From an uncultured bacterium (lineage in GTDB: Bacteria; Lernaellota; Lernaellaia; Lernaellales; Lernaellaceae): a stretch of 35,958 nucleotides of DNA. Under the pieces are notes generated by a model, which was not told the origin of the DNA, made no database searches, and saw only the letters and a program-made list of their open reading frames with translations. Shown here piece by piece: positions 25,133 through 34,196 of the stretch. Position numbers and translations under genes: made by a program. Location: the NCBI GenBank assembly GCA_964534375.1, contig CAZHPN010000047.1:1-35958 (forward strand), written 5' to 3'. Positions within the stretch are counted from its first letter, which is position 1; every line of letters begins with the position of its first letter.

Positions 25133-27199
25133 ATGCCGGACGCCATGAGAAATCGAACCGCTGTTTCCGCCCCGCAGGCGACACGCAATTCGGAAACGCT
25201 GGTCTGGATTTCGCTCGCCGCGTTCGGCATATTTTTTTACTCGCAGCGGTTGCTCACCGGCGGAACCGGATTGGTCAATCAACACGCGTTGGCCACCCTC
25301 GCCACCGGGTTGCTCGACGGCGTGGCGTCGCCAATTTGGAACTACGAATATCGCTACGCTCCGGGAACGGTTGTGTTCGGCGTTTTGTTGTATCCGGTTT
25401 ACGCCGCTTTCGGCTCGTCGGTGCTGTGGGTGCGGGCGATCAGCATTTTCTTCGTCGCCGGCGGCGTGATCTTGTGGACCAAGGCCCTCCGCCGGGCCTG
25501 GGGATTTGCCCCCGCCGCGATCTTCCTGGCGTGGGCGATCGCGCCGCCGCCGTTCTTCGAGCTGAATTATCACTATGCGTACTCGCTCCACATCGAGAAC
25601 GTGTTCTTTTCCGGCGCGTTGTTGTTTCTCTTCGTCCGCATGCCGGACGCGGGGCCGCGATTTTTCGAAACGCTGATCTTCGGCGTCATCGCCGGCTTCG
25701 CGACCTGGTTTTCGCCGCTCAATTTGCCCTTGCTGCCGGCTTTTGCGGCAACGGCGATCTGGCGCTGGCGTTGGCGGGGCGTTTGCCGCTTGATCTGGCC
25801 AGCGGCTTGCGGCTGCTGGTTCGGCCATTCTCCCGCACACTATGGGCGGTGGGGCTTCTACCCCGGGGTCAAAGCGCTGGTCGAAAAAACCGCCTCGCTG
25901 GACGTTTTTTCCCACTGGCGCTCGCTGCTATTCCGGGACTTGCCGTTGTGCGCGGGCTATGGCCACGGCGCGGACTCGATCTTCGGGATTTGGTTATCCG
26001 TGGCGTTTTTCCTGCTGGCGGCGCTGGGCATCGCCGTGGCGGTCGCGCGCGTGGTGCGGGAGGCCGGCGCGGCCGGCCGTGATTGGGCGTCGGCGTTCAT
26101 CGCGTTTCACTTGCTATTTTTTGTCTTTGCCTTCGGTTTCTCGGATCAGTTGATTGACGACTATTGGTCGTATGATTGGAACGCTCATTACTTGGCCACG
26201 CTGTTTTTCCCGCTGCTGGCCGGCGCCTCCCATATCATCGCCGGGGCCTCGCGTGTTCGGAAGCTGGCGCCCTACGTCCTGCTCGCGCCGTTTCTTTTCG
26301 CCGGCTTCGCTCATCTTGTTTCGCCCGACAATTTTCGCCCGCGCGACTTGCGCACGCGTCTTGCCGGCCTGTTGCGCCAGCGCGGCGACGACTACCGCGA
26401 GTACGTGCACGGCCATCTTCCGGACAGTTGGGCCAGCGAGGGCGCCGCGCTTTCGTCGATTGCCAAATTGCCCCGGCGCTGGCGCGGCGAGGGCTTCATC
26501 AGCTTCGGAATTCACCGCCCCCCGGAGGAAATCGCGGCCTTGGCGACGGGCGGCGCGTTGCCGGAAGCCGATCGACAACGAATCGCCCTCGGAGCCGGAA
26601 TAGCGAACGCGGGCAAGTATTTTGCCGGCCCTGCCGACCGCGAGCCGGGCGCCGCCGGCGATGGCTGGCCGGCGGCGTTGCGTTTGGCGGAATGGGACAA
26701 GAAGAGCGCGCGTTCGTTCGTCGAGGGTCAGGGACGGGGCGCGGAGAGCGGCAAGTTGACCGCGCCCGGAGTCCCCGTCGGGGCCCGCGATGTACGCGAA
26801 GACGCCGAGCGCTACGCGCGTGTTTTGCGCGCGGCCTTGCCGCAATTGGACGAGCGGGAGTTGCTGGCGGCTTTGCTGTCGGGGCGGGCATTTTGGGCGG
26901 GTTATCGCATTTTTCTCAACCCCTGCGCAGAAGACGGGGACGTGAGCGACGCAAGAATAGGCAGGTGGCTGTCAATTGTCGTGCAGATGTGCGACGACGG
27001 CGACGGGCGCCGCTTGCTGCCCGAGTGCCGCAGGCAATTTGTCGCGGGGATGGCCTCGGGCATCAAGGTCTGGCTTCATCGATTCACCCTTGCCGGGAGC
27101 CTGATCGATCCGGCCGAACTCAGAGATGCTTTCGCCGAAGATGGGATTCGCTTGGAGAGCTGCGGCGGCGGGGAATTCCGGTTGCTCATCGATAAATGA
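25133..27199 (+). CDS. Polytopic membrane protein, probable GT-C (ArnT/PMT-like) glycosyltransferase
   Basis: About ten hydrophobic segments in the first ~400 aa (..PVYAAFG.S.LWVR.., FGVIAGFATWFSP) and a soluble C-terminal domain. Family inferred from topology only. Confidence 0.6.
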   Translation: MPDAMRNRTAVSAPQATRNSETLVWISLAAFGIFFYSQRLLTGGTGLVNQHALATLATGLLDGVASPIWNYEYRYAPGTVVFGVLLYPVYAAFGSSVLWVRAISIFFVAGGVILWTKALRRAWGFAPAAIFLAWAIAPPPFFELNYHYAYSLHIENVFFSGALLFLFVRMPDAGPRFFETLIFGVIAGFATWFSPLNLPLLPAFAATAIWRWRWRGVCRLIWPAACGCWFGHSPAHYGRWGFYPGVKALVEKTASLDVFSHWRSLLFRDLPLCAGYGHGADSIFGIWLSVAFFLLAALGIAVAVARVVREAGAAGRDWASAFIAFHLLFFVFAFGFSDQLIDDYWSYDWNAHYLATLFFPLLAGASHIIAGASRVRKLAPYVLLAPFLFAGFAHLVSPDNFRPRDLRTRLAGLLRQRGDDYREYVHGHLPDSWASEGAALSSIAKLPRRWRGEGFISFGIHRPPEEIAALATGGALPEADRQRIALGAGIANAGKYFAGPADREPGAAGDGWPAALRLAEWDKKSARSFVEGQGRGAESGKLTAPGVPVGARDVREDAERYARVLRAALPQLDERELLAALLSGRAFWAGYRIFLNPCAEDGDVSDARIGRWLSIVVQMCDDGDGRRLLPECRRQFVAGMASGIKVWLHRFTLAGSLIDPAELRDAFAEDGIRLESCGGGEFRLLIDK

Positions 27200-27334
27200 G
27201 GGCGGCCGAGATCGGGGCGCGCCGTCCCACGATCGGCAGACCGGCGTCAAGCGGACCGATCGAACGACCAATCGGCCGCTGTCAACCGTGAATCGCGGGG
27301 GAGAACGACGTAATCCGGCCCGAGAATGAAGAAA

Positions 27335-27364
27335 CGGCTCGTAAATCCGAAGATTTACGAGCCG
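27335..27364 (-). terminator. Intrinsic terminator after tRNA-Pro
   Basis: Minus strand reads CGGCTCGTAAATC-TTCG-GATTTACGAGCCG then TTTCTT; 13-bp perfect stem. Confidence 0.85.
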
Positions 27365-27371
27365 CACAAAA

Positions 27372-27448
27372 TGGTCGGGATGACTGGATTTGAACCAGCG
27401 GCCCCCTGGTCCCGAACCAGGTGCTCTACCAGACTGAGCCACATCCCG
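27372..27448 (-). tRNA. tRNA-Pro (anticodon CGG)
   Basis: CGGGATGTGGCTCAGTCTGGTAGAGCACCTGGTTCGGGACCAGGGGGCCGCTGGTTCAAATCCAGTCATCCCGACCA, 77 nt, full cloverleaf, encoded CCA. Confidence 0.98.
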
Positions 27449-27462
27449 TCGCAGGGGCCAAA

Positions 27463-27491
27463 TAAATAGGGGAAAAGGCGGCGCGTGTCAA
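27463..27491 (-). promoter_or_regulatory. Putative tRNA promoter
   Basis: TTGACA-17 bp-TATTTA followed by a GC-rich discriminator just upstream of the tRNA. Confidence 0.5.
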
Positions 27492-27572
27492 GAGGAATTC
27501 AACAGTAAGAGCGCCTTTCCAGGCGCGATGCCTGCGGGCGCGCCCAGAAGCGCGATTGCAGATGGGTCGGGT

Positions 27573-28235
27573 TCAGACCGTCAGGAGCACGGCGCGGCGC
27601 ATGGCGGCGATGGGCGCGGCGTAGTCGGGTTGGGAAAAAACGGCATTTCCGGCGACCAGGGCGTCGGCCCCGGCGTGCACGACAGCGGCGGCGTTCTTCG
27701 GGCCAATGCCGCCGTCGACCTCGATCACCACGTCGCGCCGGCCGGCGGAATCGAGGAGGCCGCGCAAGAGCCGGATCTTGTCGATCGCGCCGGGGATGAA
27801 CGCCTGCCCGCCGAAGCCGGGGTTGACGCTCATCACGAGCACCAAGTCGAGGTCGCCCAGCACGTGTTCAAGCGTCGCCGGCGGCGTGGCCGGGTTGAGC
27901 GCGACGCCCGCCTTTTTGCCCGTCGCTTTGATTTGCTGGATGACGCGGTGCAGGTGCACGCAGGCCTCCTGGTGCACGACGATCCAATCGGCGCCGGCCG
28001 CGGCGAATTCCTCGACGTATCGGCCGGGGTCGACGATCATCAGGTGCACGTCGAGCGGCAGCTTCGTGGCCGCGCGCAGGCGGCGCACCACCGGCTGGCC
28101 GATCGTGATGTTGGGCACGAAGACGCCGTCCATCACGTCGACGTGAATCCAGTCGGCCCCGGCGGCCTCGACGGCGCGGACCTCTTCGCCCAGGCGCGAA
28201 AAATCGGCGGACAAGATGCTTGGCGCGATGATCAT
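27573..28235 (-). CDS. rpe: Ribulose-phosphate 3-epimerase
   Basis: [47 protein letters not shown]; true start 28235. Confidence 0.98.
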   Translation of the reverse strand: MIIAPSILSADFSRLGEEVRAVEAAGADWIHVDVMDGVFVPNITIGQPVVRRLRAATKLPLDVHLMIVDPGRYVEEFAAAGADWIVVHQEACVHLHRVIQQIKATGKKAGVALNPATPPATLEHVLGDLDLVLVMSVNPGFGGQAFIPGAIDKIRLLRGLLDSAGRRDVVIEVDGGIGPKNAAAVVHAGADALVAGNAVFSQPDYAAPIAAMRRAVLLTV

Positions 28236-28236
28236 C

Positions 28237-29574
28237 TCATTTCCTCCGGAAACGGGCGGCGAACATCCCCTCGGCGCCCGTGCGATAGGGCAGCGAAAGG
28301 AACAGGCCGTCGTCCCGTAAAAACACATCGTACCGCGGCGCGAACTCGTCGCGCAAATCGTCCAGCGCGAAGTCCGGCCGCTCCGCCAGAAAGCGCTCGA
28401 CCACGTCGAAGGTCTCGGCGCGCGTCAAGGTGCAGACCGCGTAAAGCAGCGCGCCGCCGGGCCGCACGCACTCCGCCGCGTGGCCGAGGATCGGCATTTG
28501 CGCGTCGGCCATCCGCGTCGAATCGTTCTTGGCAACCTGCCACTTCACTTCCGGATGCCGCGCCAGCGTGCCCAGCGAGGTGCACGGCGCATCGACCAGG
28601 ACGCGATCGAAAGGGCCGCGCGCCTGCGCCACATCGACCGGGCGCGAGGCGTCGAGTTGGCGGACGACGACGTTCGTTACGCCCAGACGGCGCAGGTTCG
28701 CCTGGAGCAGCCGCAGGCGATTCGGGCGCACGTCGGCCGCCACGACAAAACCGTCAAGGCCGACCAGCCCCGCCAGGTGCGTCGCCTTGCCGCCCGGCGC
28801 CGCGCACAGGTCGAGGACCCGTTCGCCGGGACGCGCACCGGTCAGTTCCGCGACGAGCTGCGCCGCCTCGCCCTGCACCAGAAACAAACCCTCGGCGAAA
28901 GCCGGATGCCGCAGCGCGGGCTCGAGCCGCGGCACGGTGAACCCGTGCGGCGCGTACGGCGCCGGCGCCGGCGACAGTTCGGCCAGGCGCACGAGCAGGT
29001 CGTCGCGGCTGATTTTGAGCACGTTCGCCCGCAACGTGGCCGGCGGCGGCTGCTGGCCGGCCTGGGCCAGCGCGAGCGCGGCGTCGATGCCGAACAGGTC
29101 CTGCCATTCGCGCAGCAGCCAAGCCGGGTGCGACCAGCGGATCGCCGCCGCCTCGAGCGGATCGGCATTGCTGGGGGCCGGCGAAAAGTTCTTTTCCCGC
29201 ACGACCGCGCGCAGCACGGCGTTGACGAGTCCGGCCGCGCGGCGCGGCGCGAGATTGACCGATTCGTCCACCGCGGCGTAGGCCGGCACGCGATCGAGAA
29301 AAAGGAGTTGGTAGGCGCCCAGGCGCAGCGCGTCGGCCACGCGCCATTCCATTTTTTCCAGCGGCATGCGCGCCAGGCGGCCGAGGCGCCAATCGAGGTA
29401 GGCGCGATGGCGCAACACGCCATAGACGAGTTCGCAGGCCAGCGCGCGGTCGTTATCGGAAAGTTCGGAGCGGCCGAGGGCGGCGTTCAGCGCGAGTTCG
29501 GAATAGGCCTTGTCGGCCATGACCCGGCGCAAGACGTTGATCGCAACCTCGCGGGCGCTGTCGGACACGGTCAC
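28237..29574 (-). CDS. rsmB: 16S rRNA m5C967 methyltransferase
   Basis: NusB-like N-terminus ([16 protein letters not shown]), [23 protein letters not shown]; follows fmt. Confidence 0.96.
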   Translation of the reverse strand: MTVSDSAREVAINVLRRVMADKAYSELALNAALGRSELSDNDRALACELVYGVLRHRAYLDWRLGRLARMPLEKMEWRVADALRLGAYQLLFLDRVPAYAAVDESVNLAPRRAAGLVNAVLRAVVREKNFSPAPSNADPLEAAAIRWSHPAWLLREWQDLFGIDAALALAQAGQQPPPATLRANVLKISRDDLLVRLAELSPAPAPYAPHGFTVPRLEPALRHPAFAEGLFLVQGEAAQLVAELTGARPGERVLDLCAAPGGKATHLAGLVGLDGFVVAADVRPNRLRLLQANLRRLGVTNVVVRQLDASRPVDVAQARGPFDRVLVDAPCTSLGTLARHPEVKWQVAKNDSTRMADAQMPILGHAAECVRPGGALLYAVCTLTRAETFDVVERFLAERPDFALDDLRDEFAPRYDVFLRDDGLFLSLPYRTGAEGMFAARFRRK

Positions 29575-30491
29575 GCTCCCAACCGGTCGCCCTCGCGCAG
29601 GCGCACGCCGTTGAGGAAGGCGCCGGCGTCGAGCGCCTTTTTACCTTCCAACTGCAGCGAGAGCAATCGTACGGCCCCCTCGCCGGCCGCGACGACCAAC
29701 TCCTTTTTCGCGCGGAGCACGACCCCCGGTTCGCCAGCGCCGTCGGCCGCCTCGCCGCGCAAAATCTTGACCGTTTTGCCCTGCCAGGTCGAGTACGCCC
29801 CAGGCCACGGGCGCATGCCGCGCACGAGGTTCGCCACGGCGCGGGCCGGCCGCCGCCAGTCGATCGCGCCGTCTTCTTTCTTGAGCATCGGCGCGTAACT
29901 GGCGCCGTCGACCGGTTGCGGCTGCGGCGCGATTTCGCCGGCGAGCCAGCGGTCGAGCGTCGCGGCGAGCAGCGGCCCGGCGGCGTCGGCGAGTTTTTGC
30001 AGCAGCGAGCCCGCGTCGTCGTCGGGCGCGATCGGCACGACGGCGCGGGCGAGCAGCGGCCCCGTGTCGACGCCTTCGTCCATTTTCATGATCGTGACGC
30101 CGGTCTCGGCCTCGCCGTGGCAGATCGCCCAATTGACCGGCGCCGCGCCGCGATAGGCCGGCAGCAGGCTGGCGTGGGCGTTGAGGCAGCCGAACGGCGA
30201 CGCGGCCAGCAGCGCCGGGCGCAGGATTTTGCCGTAGGCGGCAACCAGAATGACGTCCGGCTTTTCGGCGATGATTTTTTCGCGCGCCTCGACGGAGATT
30301 TTTTCGGGCTGTAGCAGCGGCAGGCCGGCGGCCTGCGCGACGGCCTTCACCGGCGGCGGGGCCGCTTGCAGACCGCGGCCGGCGACGCGATCGGGCTGCG
30401 TGACGACGAGGGTCGGCCGGAGGCCGCGGGCCAGCAGACATTCGAGGATGACCGCCGCGTACGACGGCGTTCCCATGTAGACAAAACGCAT
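29571..30491 (-). CDS. fmt: Methionyl-tRNA formyltransferase
   Basis: MGTP, VVTQPDR, AYGKIL, NAHASLLP.YRGAAP, MDEGVDTG, PWPGA. Confidence 0.98.
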   Translation of the reverse strand: MRFVYMGTPSYAAVILECLLARGLRPTLVVTQPDRVAGRGLQAAPPPVKAVAQAAGLPLLQPEKISVEAREKIIAEKPDVILVAAYGKILRPALLAASPFGCLNAHASLLPAYRGAAPVNWAICHGEAETGVTIMKMDEGVDTGPLLARAVVPIAPDDDAGSLLQKLADAAGPLLAATLDRWLAGEIAPQPQPVDGASYAPMLKKEDGAIDWRRPARAVANLVRGMRPWPGAYSTWQGKTVKILRGEAADGAGEPGVVLRAKKELVVAAGEGAVRLLSLQLEGKKALDAGAFLNGVRLREGDRLGA

Positions 30492-30494
30492 GAA

Positions 30495-31019
30495 TCAACC
30501 AACGTCGGCGGTTTGGGCCTTGAGCTGTCGCAGGCGTTTTTTCATGCCGGCGCGTTTGAGCGCGCTCAAATGGTCCATGAACAAAATGCCGTTGATATGA
30601 TCGATTTCGTGTTGAAAGACGACCGCCGGCAGACCCTCGGCCTCGAATTCCAGCAGCGCGCCGTCCAGATCCTGCGCGTGCACGGTCACCTTGCAATAAC
30701 GTTCGACGTCGGCGCGTTCCTCGGGCAGCGACAGGCAGCCTTCCTCGGTCACGCATTCGCCGTCGCCAGCCACGATGCGCGGGTTGACCAGCGTCAGCAG
30801 CCCCGTGTTCTCGTCGTCTTCGCGATCGCGCACGTCGACCACGATCACCTGCAGCGGCACGCCGACCTGGTTGGCGGCCAGGCCGATGCCGGGCGCGGCG
30901 TACATGGTTTCGGCCATGTCGCGGGCCAGTTTGCGCAATTCTTCGTTAAACTCGGTCACCGGCCGCGCCTTTTCGCGCAACACGGGGTCCGGAAACGTCC
31001 GAATTTCGAGCAGGGCCAT
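30495..31019 (-). CDS. def: Peptide deformylase
   Basis: GIGLAANQVG, EGCLS, QHEIDH motifs; ATG 31019 overlaps the kinase stop (TAATG). Confidence 0.98.
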   Translation of the reverse strand: MALLEIRTFPDPVLREKARPVTEFNEELRKLARDMAETMYAAPGIGLAANQVGVPLQVIVVDVRDREDDENTGLLTLVNPRIVAGDGECVTEEGCLSLPEERADVERYCKVTVHAQDLDGALLEFEAEGLPAVVFQHEIDHINGILFMDHLSALKRAGMKKRLRQLKAQTADVG

Positions 31020-32662
31020 TACGCGCCTCGGGCCATTTCTTTTTCCTGGGCGAGGGGCAAATCGATATGGAAAACCGTGCCCTTGCCCACCGTGCTCTCC
31101 GCCCACAGCTTGCCGCCGTGGCCTTCCACAATACCATAACTAATTGACAAACCCAGTCCAGTGCCCTCGCCCACTTTCTTGGTCGTGAAAAAGGGGTCGA
31201 AGACGTGTTTCAGAGTTTCCGGGTCGATGCCCGCGCCGGAGTCGCCGATCGAGATGCGCACATGTTCTTTGACGACGTGCACCGAAATGCGAATCATGCC
31301 CTTGCCGTCGATGGCCTGGATCGCGTTGTGCAGGACGTTCATGTACACCTGATTCAATTGCCCGGGGTTGCCGGGGATGAGCGGAATCGGGTGATAGTCG
31401 CGCTCGATCGCAATGCGGTCTTTGTACTGGTGGTGGAGGATTTGCAGCGTCGACTCGAGGCCTTCCTGCACGTTGACATCCTCGCGGCGCGTCGAGTCCA
31501 GCCGCGAAAAAGTCCGCAGGTTCTGCACGATCTGCGCCATGCGCTCGGCGCCGGTCGCGATGCTCTTGACCATTTTGTCGACGTCTTCGGAAAGGTACTC
31601 CAGCTCCAATTCCTCTTTGAGCTGGCCGATCGCCTCGCGCGACTGCCCGGGCATCTCGATCTTGTCGTACGCGTCGAGCAATTCCATCAGCGACCGCACG
31701 TGCTGCGCGAGCATTTTGATCGAGGCCGACACAAAATTCAGCGGGTTGTTGATTTCGTGGGCGATGCCGGCGACCAGCACGCCGAGCGAGGCCATTTTTT
31801 CCGAATGGACGAGCTGAATCTGCGCGGATTTCAGCTCTTCGTACGCGCTCTGGATCTGCTCGTTGGCGCGCCGCAATTGGGCGTTGGCCGCCGCGAGTTG
31901 GCGCGAGCGGATTTCCACGTTGCGTTCGAGTTTGATGCGCTGCGTGACGTCGCGCGTCAACTCGAGGCCGGCGATGATCTCGTCGCGTTCGTCGCGGATC
32001 GGGCTGCCGGTCGATTCGTAATACAGCAGGTTGCCGTGTTTGTCGTAGACGCGGCGCAGGCTGTGCTGGATTTCGCCGGTCTCCATCGCCTTCTGCACCG
32101 GGCACCCGGCGCAAATCTCTTTCTTGTGCTCGTAAACGTTGTAGCAAAACTCGCCGGTATGATCGCCGAAAATGTCGCGCACCGCGTCGTTGACGTAGAT
32201 GATGCGCATCTCCTTGTCGACGATGCTCACGCCGTCGCCGATGCCCCGCAGAAACGCTTCCACCTGCTGCTGCTTCGCCGTGCGTTCGTCGCGCAGCACC
32301 GGCGCCGCTTCCGCGCCGCCGGCCGACGGGCGGGCGTCGAAGGCGCGGGCCGCCTGTTCCACTTTGTCCCACAGCGTCTGCAACTCGGGCCCGGCGCCGG
32401 CCGCTTTGGGCAGTTCGGCCGGCGGGGCGTCTTTCAGCACTTCGGCCAGGCGGTTTTCGAGCCGGCGGATGTTCGCCGCGAAACGGCTCGCGAGCCAGAC
32501 GCCGACCGCCGCCGTCGTGAAGAATGACAAGGCCAGCGCGCCCGCGGCGAACGGATTGGACAGCGGGCGCAACGAGTCGAACGCGAGGAACACGACCACC
32601 GGCAGGAAAGCCGCGGCGGCAAACCAGAACGCCAGCCGGGTGGCGAGCGGCCAGTTTTTCAT
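31019..32662 (-). CDS. Membrane-bound PAS-domain sensor histidine kinase
   Basis: Two N-terminal TM helices; PAS with CY....C..CP; EKMASLG.LVAGIAHEINNP H-box; NAIQA, D.G.GI, FDPFFTTK, GTGLGL. Confidence 0.95.
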   Translation of the reverse strand: MKNWPLATRLAFWFAAAAFLPVVVFLAFDSLRPLSNPFAAGALALSFFTTAAVGVWLASRFAANIRRLENRLAEVLKDAPPAELPKAAGAGPELQTLWDKVEQAARAFDARPSAGGAEAAPVLRDERTAKQQQVEAFLRGIGDGVSIVDKEMRIIYVNDAVRDIFGDHTGEFCYNVYEHKKEICAGCPVQKAMETGEIQHSLRRVYDKHGNLLYYESTGSPIRDERDEIIAGLELTRDVTQRIKLERNVEIRSRQLAAANAQLRRANEQIQSAYEELKSAQIQLVHSEKMASLGVLVAGIAHEINNPLNFVSASIKMLAQHVRSLMELLDAYDKIEMPGQSREAIGQLKEELELEYLSEDVDKMVKSIATGAERMAQIVQNLRTFSRLDSTRREDVNVQEGLESTLQILHHQYKDRIAIERDYHPIPLIPGNPGQLNQVYMNVLHNAIQAIDGKGMIRISVHVVKEHVRISIGDSGAGIDPETLKHVFDPFFTTKKVGEGTGLGLSISYGIVEGHGGKLWAESTVGKGTVFHIDLPLAQEKEMARGA

Positions 32663-32678
32663 GCACGCACTCTCGTTT

Positions 32679-33848
32679 TCAAGCCGGGACCACGATGATG
32701 CGGTCGCGGCCGTGCTGCTTCGCCTCGTACATCGCGCCGTCGACCAGATTGATCAACGCGTCGCGGTTGTCCGCTTTCGGATGCGGGAAATAGGCGATGC
32801 CGATGCTCGCCGTCTGGCGGACGACCTCGCCGCCGGGCGCGTGAAAGACGTGGCCCTTGAGATCGGCGTGGATGCGTTTGGCCAGGAACGTCGCCCGGTC
32901 GATTCCCGTGTGCGGCAGAATGACGAGAAATTCGTCGCCGCCGTAGCGCGTCGGCGAATCGGTTTCGCGGATGCTGCGGCGGATGATGTCCGCGGCAATG
33001 CGCAGCACGGCATCGCCGAACAGGTGGCCGTAGGTGTCGTTGACTTCCTTGAAGCGGTCCAGGTCGATCATCATCAGCGACAAATACAGGTTGTACCGCC
33101 GGGCGCGGCCGATTTCGTTGTCCAGAATCCGCAGCATGTGCCGGTGATTGTAGAAGTTGGTGAGCCCATCGGTGACGGAGAGCTGCTCGAGCTGCCGGTT
33201 GATCGACTCCAACTTCTGGTTCTTGAGTTTGATTTCTTCCTGCGCCTTGATCAGATCGAGGTTGGCGCGGGCGAATTTCTCGCTCATTTCGACGGCCAGC
33301 TTGCGTTGCTGGCGGTATTCCTCGGCGAGCTTCTCGATGGCCGTTTTTTGCTCTTCGAGCCGTTCGTTCATCGCCAACAATTCGGCGTTCTTCACGAGGA
33401 GGTCTTTGGTCAGCCGCTCGTTGCCGACGACCAGGTCGTAGCGTTCGAGTTCCTCGTCGACCATGTGGCGGATGTCGGTCGGGTCCCACGGTTTCGAGGC
33501 GAACCGGTGTACTTTGCCCTTGTTGATCGCGTCGACCGCCACGTCCATGTCGCCGAAGCCGGTCAGCAGCACGCGGCCGACCTGCGGATACTTTTCCTGC
33601 AGCACGGCCAGCAGTTCCGTGCCGCTCATGCCCGGCATGCGCTGGTCCGTGATGACGAGGTGGACTTCCTCTACCGCCATGATTTTGAGGGCGACTTCGG
33701 CCGACGAAGCCTTGAAAACCTTGTTGCCGCGGCGCAACGCGGCGCCCAGCAAATCGAGGTTCTCGACCTCGTCGTCAACGATCAAAATGCGGTGGGCGCC
33801 CGGACGATCGTCTTTCCGGGTCGGTTGTTGCATCTCTGGTTGGGCCAT
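32679..33848 (-). CDS. Response regulator diguanylate cyclase (REC - coiled coil - GGDEF)
   Basis: ILIVDDE, TDQRMPGM; TDGLT, DLDRFK.VNDTYGH, RETD I-site, RYGGDEF. Confidence 0.96.
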   Translation of the reverse strand: MAQPEMQQPTRKDDRPGAHRILIVDDEVENLDLLGAALRRGNKVFKASSAEVALKIMAVEEVHLVITDQRMPGMSGTELLAVLQEKYPQVGRVLLTGFGDMDVAVDAINKGKVHRFASKPWDPTDIRHMVDEELERYDLVVGNERLTKDLLVKNAELLAMNERLEEQKTAIEKLAEEYRQQRKLAVEMSEKFARANLDLIKAQEEIKLKNQKLESINRQLEQLSVTDGLTNFYNHRHMLRILDNEIGRARRYNLYLSLMMIDLDRFKEVNDTYGHLFGDAVLRIAADIIRRSIRETDSPTRYGGDEFLVILPHTGIDRATFLAKRIHADLKGHVFHAPGGEVVRQTASIGIAYFPHPKADNRDALINLVDGAMYEAKQHGRDRIIVVPA

Positions 33849-33874
33849 TCGGCTTTTTCTTCTCCCCGGGCGAC

Positions 33875-33904
33875 AGAATAACAGGAGGGGCGGCGGGTGT
33901 GCAA
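33875..33904 (-). promoter_or_regulatory. Putative sigma70 promoter of the DGC-kinase-def operon
   Basis: TTGCAC-18 bp-TATTCT with TG at the extended -10 position. Confidence 0.45.
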
Positions 33905-33910
33905 GCCGAG

Positions 33911-34196
33911 GAATGAAGAAGGAACAAGGAAAAAGGAAAAAATCAGGCCCAAAGAAAAGCGCCCGCGTCAGCGGGGCTCCGCGGGAAAGACCGGGAAGGA
34001 AGAAGGAAAAAGGGAAAATTCAGGCCCAACGACAGACGCCGCAATCCCAGGACGGCGTTTCGAAGCGCGCAATGCGACAGCAATGCCCTACGGCGACGAG
34101 CCGAAGCGCCCGCTGTCCGCCAACGGGCGTTCCCGGTCAACGATCAACCGCCGCTAACCACGCGTACCTTTTTCCGTTTTCCTTGTTCCTTGTTCA
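33911..34196. repeat. Purine-rich heptamer arrays (NAAGGAA)n in inverted orientation
   Basis: AAGGAACAAGGAAAAAGGAAAAA (33919-33941) matches the reverse complement of 34169-34191 at 22/23; internal direct repeat GGAAAA..TCAGGCCCAA near 33930-33952 and 34005-34029. Confidence 0.75.

Noticed and set aside
1..27448. tRNA-Pro-anchored genomic island
   Set aside because: The tRNA 3' end faces the accessory block, but I found no integrase and no duplicated tRNA 3' end, and the tRNA terminator is intact. A boundary outside the window cannot be excluded.
27528..33881. Long plus-strand ORFs opposite rpe, rsmB, fmt, the kinase and the DGC
   Set aside because: Antisense shadows of well-supported minus-strand genes.
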